DNA of 64,000 nucleotides, from the NCBI GenBank assembly GCA_035084275.1, contig CM068748.1, forward strand, positions 9,052,001 through 9,116,000, in the 5' to 3' direction. The stretch is from Hydrolagus colliei. Taxonomy: Eukaryota. Shown here one piece after another: positions 60,774 to 64,000 of the stretch; positions within the stretch are counted from its first letter, which is position 1, and each line of letters starts with the position of its first letter. The notes under the pieces are model-generated. The model was not told the origin of the DNA and searched no databases. It worked only from the letters and a program-made list of their open reading frames with translations. A program made the position numbers and the translations under genes.

Positions 60774-62389
60774 ATTGGGGTGCACCAGAGAGAAATGAAC
60801 TATTTTGCTCTTCAAATAATTATTAATCTTTTTAAAACTCTTTGCCTGACTGACCTCAGCAAAAGAACGCGCTTACCTTCAGCGAGTTGCACACCACTGG
60901 TCCATCCACAGAAACAACCTCAGGTTCGTAACCCTGCCGGACCAGGAGAAAAATCAGAGCCACCTCTTACCTCACAGCTTGTCCCAGGCATCGCCTGCTA
61001 GGCACTCTAAACCTGAGAGTTGGCGAGGCTGAGAGTAAAAAGCTGCTCAAGTGAGTCACTAAAATGACTCGGGAAACGACCCATACTTCATTGAGGAAAT
61101 TATTCCTCCTGCCCATAAATATAAACTATGCATTTCTGTGACGCTTCAGGAATTTTATTTAATTGTTGGTTGTAGTAGAAACAGACTTTCCTCTCTTCAC
61201 ATTGTTCTGAGCTAGCAAATGAGCACCCCACCATGACTAATGGTGAGCACTCAGGTCTGGGTAAAACAATGAGGTAAAGAATAGAAGTGAAAGTTCACTC
61301 ACAACTGCTCCCTTTCTAATGAAGGCCCCAAATATAATATGATATGCTTGCCCATTAATATTTTAAACCGCTTGCAAAGTAATTGGATTTCAGACTGAAG
61401 CTTGATTCAACAGATATCCCTTTCCAAACGTTTGTTTGGTGCCTGCTGAGCTGCTAACAGCTTGTCCCAGGCTCACCTTGTTCACATCTCCATTTGTTGC
61501 CAACAATCTGCTTGAACCATTCAGTCTAGGTGGGAAAGCAGGGACTAAAAAGAAGACGTCGACCTCAAGTAGATTATTGAACTGTGAAGCCATTGCCTAA
61601 TTAAGGCCATTAAATGATTTTACATTGAATGTTAACCTTCTGGGATTTAAATACATTTTACGCACATTCTTTTAGACTTAATTGCTAAACTGCTGTTTAG
61701 CCCTTAGTCGGTTAAAATGTCCCGTCTTTCATGAACAATGGTGCTTTATCTTCCCAGACTACGTTGGGACAATGAAATAATAGGATGGGATTTTCTTTGG
61801 ATTGAGCTATTACAGGACCAGGAGCAAATGTTTCCACGTTTTGTGAAATAGCAAATTATGATGAAAGATAAATTGGTGAGGGCTAGAGACCATTGGAAAC
61901 CTCAAAGGCAGGCAAATATCTTGCACTTTATAGAACTAACTGTTTGTGAAAGGCTGACAGGACTATATGCAGTTTTTCCACCCTTTAGAGAGCAAAATAT
62001 ATTTTGCATTGTCTTTCTGAACATTCACAGATTAACAAGAGAGTAAATAATAATGTGTTTTTTTTAATGAGGTTGAAGTTGATTTAACTTTTTTTGATAA
62101 CACATCAAATTTTGCTCAAAGCACATTCCACATGTGCTCAATGAACTAATCAAATGGTAAAAGACCCTGTGAATATTAGAATGATAGCAAATTAAACCTG
62201 TAATACTGTTCGAATATCTAACACAATCAGCATGCAAGGCAATACAGCACATTTTGAAAGAACAGCCAACATTTTCTTCCAGATAATAGTTAGGTCTCAG
62301 CCAGCAATATTTGAGTTTGTACTCTAAAGTGTGCAACAAAATACTTTCATTTGTAGAACAAGCATGTGGCAATAATGTTTTGTACTCAC

Positions 62390-62492
62390 CGGTTCCTTTG
62401 CGGTTGCTATTAGTTCTTCAATCATGATGCTATCTCTTGCATAAGGACTTCTGTTCAGCGAGTATGACCTATCCGAACTGAAGGAGCGGAGG
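62390..62492 (-). CDS. ANK3: ANK3 linker exon (most 5' ANK3 exon identified in the window)
   Basis: 103 bp, phase 2 to 0. Encodes LRSFSSDRSYSLNRSPYARDSIMIEELIATAKEP. The ankyrin-repeat exons lie beyond the right edge. Confidence 0.93.
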
Positions 62493-64000
62493 CTGTTGTG
62501 TTTACAAGTTACCATTCAGGGGGGTGGATGATAATGAGATGGGCAGAGGGAAAAAGAACTCATTAATGCATGCAACTTCCAGGGGGGTCATGAAAGGAAA
62601 CCGACCAAAAGCACCCAAAAGAAACAAAACACAGCAAAGAATAGAAGAAATTCTGGACAGCGAGAGAAAACTTTGAAACAGATTAAATGCATTGAATTTG
62701 TTTTGGTTTTCCTTTCACAGAAACTAGCTCACGTTACTAAACGAAGAAGCTCTGTAGGCCCCCAGATTTTACACTGTATGATTACTACTTTATATAAGCT
62801 TTCAAAATGTCCACAGTAGGATTCTTAAGTTTTTATTTACCCTTTCAACATAGGCAGAAACATAGATCTGAATTAAACAGCATTTGAGACAGCATCAGCA
62901 AACACTAATTTCACTGTCCAAGTAATAATATTTCGTAACTATGTGACACATTATTTGAATACTAAAATTTAATATCAGTGTTTAACAGTGAAAAGCACCA
63001 ACAAAAAATAATTACCCAATACATGAAATTAAATCTGGATCTAGGCGTTTTTGCACGAATCACTTTGGCTACTTGGAAAGGTTAAATTTAACATGCTAAA
63101 TGTAACACAGAAATTGATTCAGTCCACTACCTAACATGAGGACCATGCAGGGACACGGAACATACATTGCAGCCTTAATAGATGTGCATAATGTTGTACT
63201 TAGAATAGAAACAAGCTAAGCCACAAATTGAAAAGATTGGCATCTATTGGTTCATATTAAACTCAGCAGTATTGTTTCACAAAATGATAAGAGCTGAAAG
63301 TTGAACAATAATTAGTTTGGCTCATATGCTTCCTTATGATATTGTTTTCAGGTTTTAGAATTTAAGGCATTAAATACTGAACTGTTAAAACATAGATATA
63401 CAACAGTCTTGCAAAGACAAACGGCAAAGATTAAGAATTTAAACCATTATTCTTTGCAAAATAATGGCAAGGTATGAAAAAATATCTGTGTTTGAACAGT
63501 AATGTGACTTAGCAACATTAATTAGTAGATTCATTGATCTTCTAATATTTTGATACTTAAATCTCAGCTTTCGGAAGAAAACGATAGTCTTCAAACTTTG
63601 GATACTGCCATTTGTCAACAACAACTTGCATTTATATAACAATGCAAGATGCTGCCCCACACAAAAGGCACTATATAAATGCAAGTTACAGTTGTTATTT
63701 GTGAATACCTAGATGTTGGTAGAAGTGTCTGCTGCAGAAAAGCTCAATTCTGGTTTGTGAGCAAGAACAGCTCGATATAGATGCAAATCATTTCTCATAT
63801 ATCTTTTTTGCAATGTTCCATTCATGCTTTTCTTCACTGTGATGAATTGCACATAAATTACATGCTGCATTACATGCCTCAAAGAGAAACTTACACTAAA
63901 CGTGCTGAACAAGGTCCCCAAAAAGTGTTGCTATAGTTTCAAACAACAGCACTGGCTGGCAGAATTTCAATCGCATTTCTTTGTTTGGACAGTAATAACT

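Overview
Eukaryotic, intron-rich vertebrate DNA. The repeat content (L2 LINEs with (TTG)n tails, L2-tailed tRNA-derived and Deu-domain SINEs, CR1 ends) and compact introns suggest a cartilaginous fish such as a chimaera; this is inference. Two minus-strand genes lie in tandem in the same order as at human 10q21. (1) The 3' half of ANK3/ankyrin-G (~62.5 kb down to ~17 kb): ZU5-ZU5-UPA exons, a 27-nt microexon, the ~7.8 kb neuronal giant exon (with a 132-N gap), death-domain exons, the alternatively spliced C-terminal region, three muscle-type obscurin-binding exons, the last coding exon and a 3'UTR exon. (2) Exons 1-6 of CCDC6 (13793 down to 185; the gene runs off the left edge). I read all exon boundaries as GT-AG by hand, and the phases chain correctly. 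Introns hold a young 5'-truncated L2 with an intact RT ORF, about a dozen SINEs, two TA-flanked Tigger/pogo-like MITEs and CR1 remnants. I found no prokaryote-style novel system. The leads most worth checking are: recurrent perfect fold-back inversions inside decayed SINEs; two candidate internal first exons of ANK3; candidate alternative last exons after the death domain; and apparent absence of the internal splice donor that makes 270-kDa ankyrin-G in mammals. Repeat boundaries are approximate, and comparisons with mammalian sequences are from recall.
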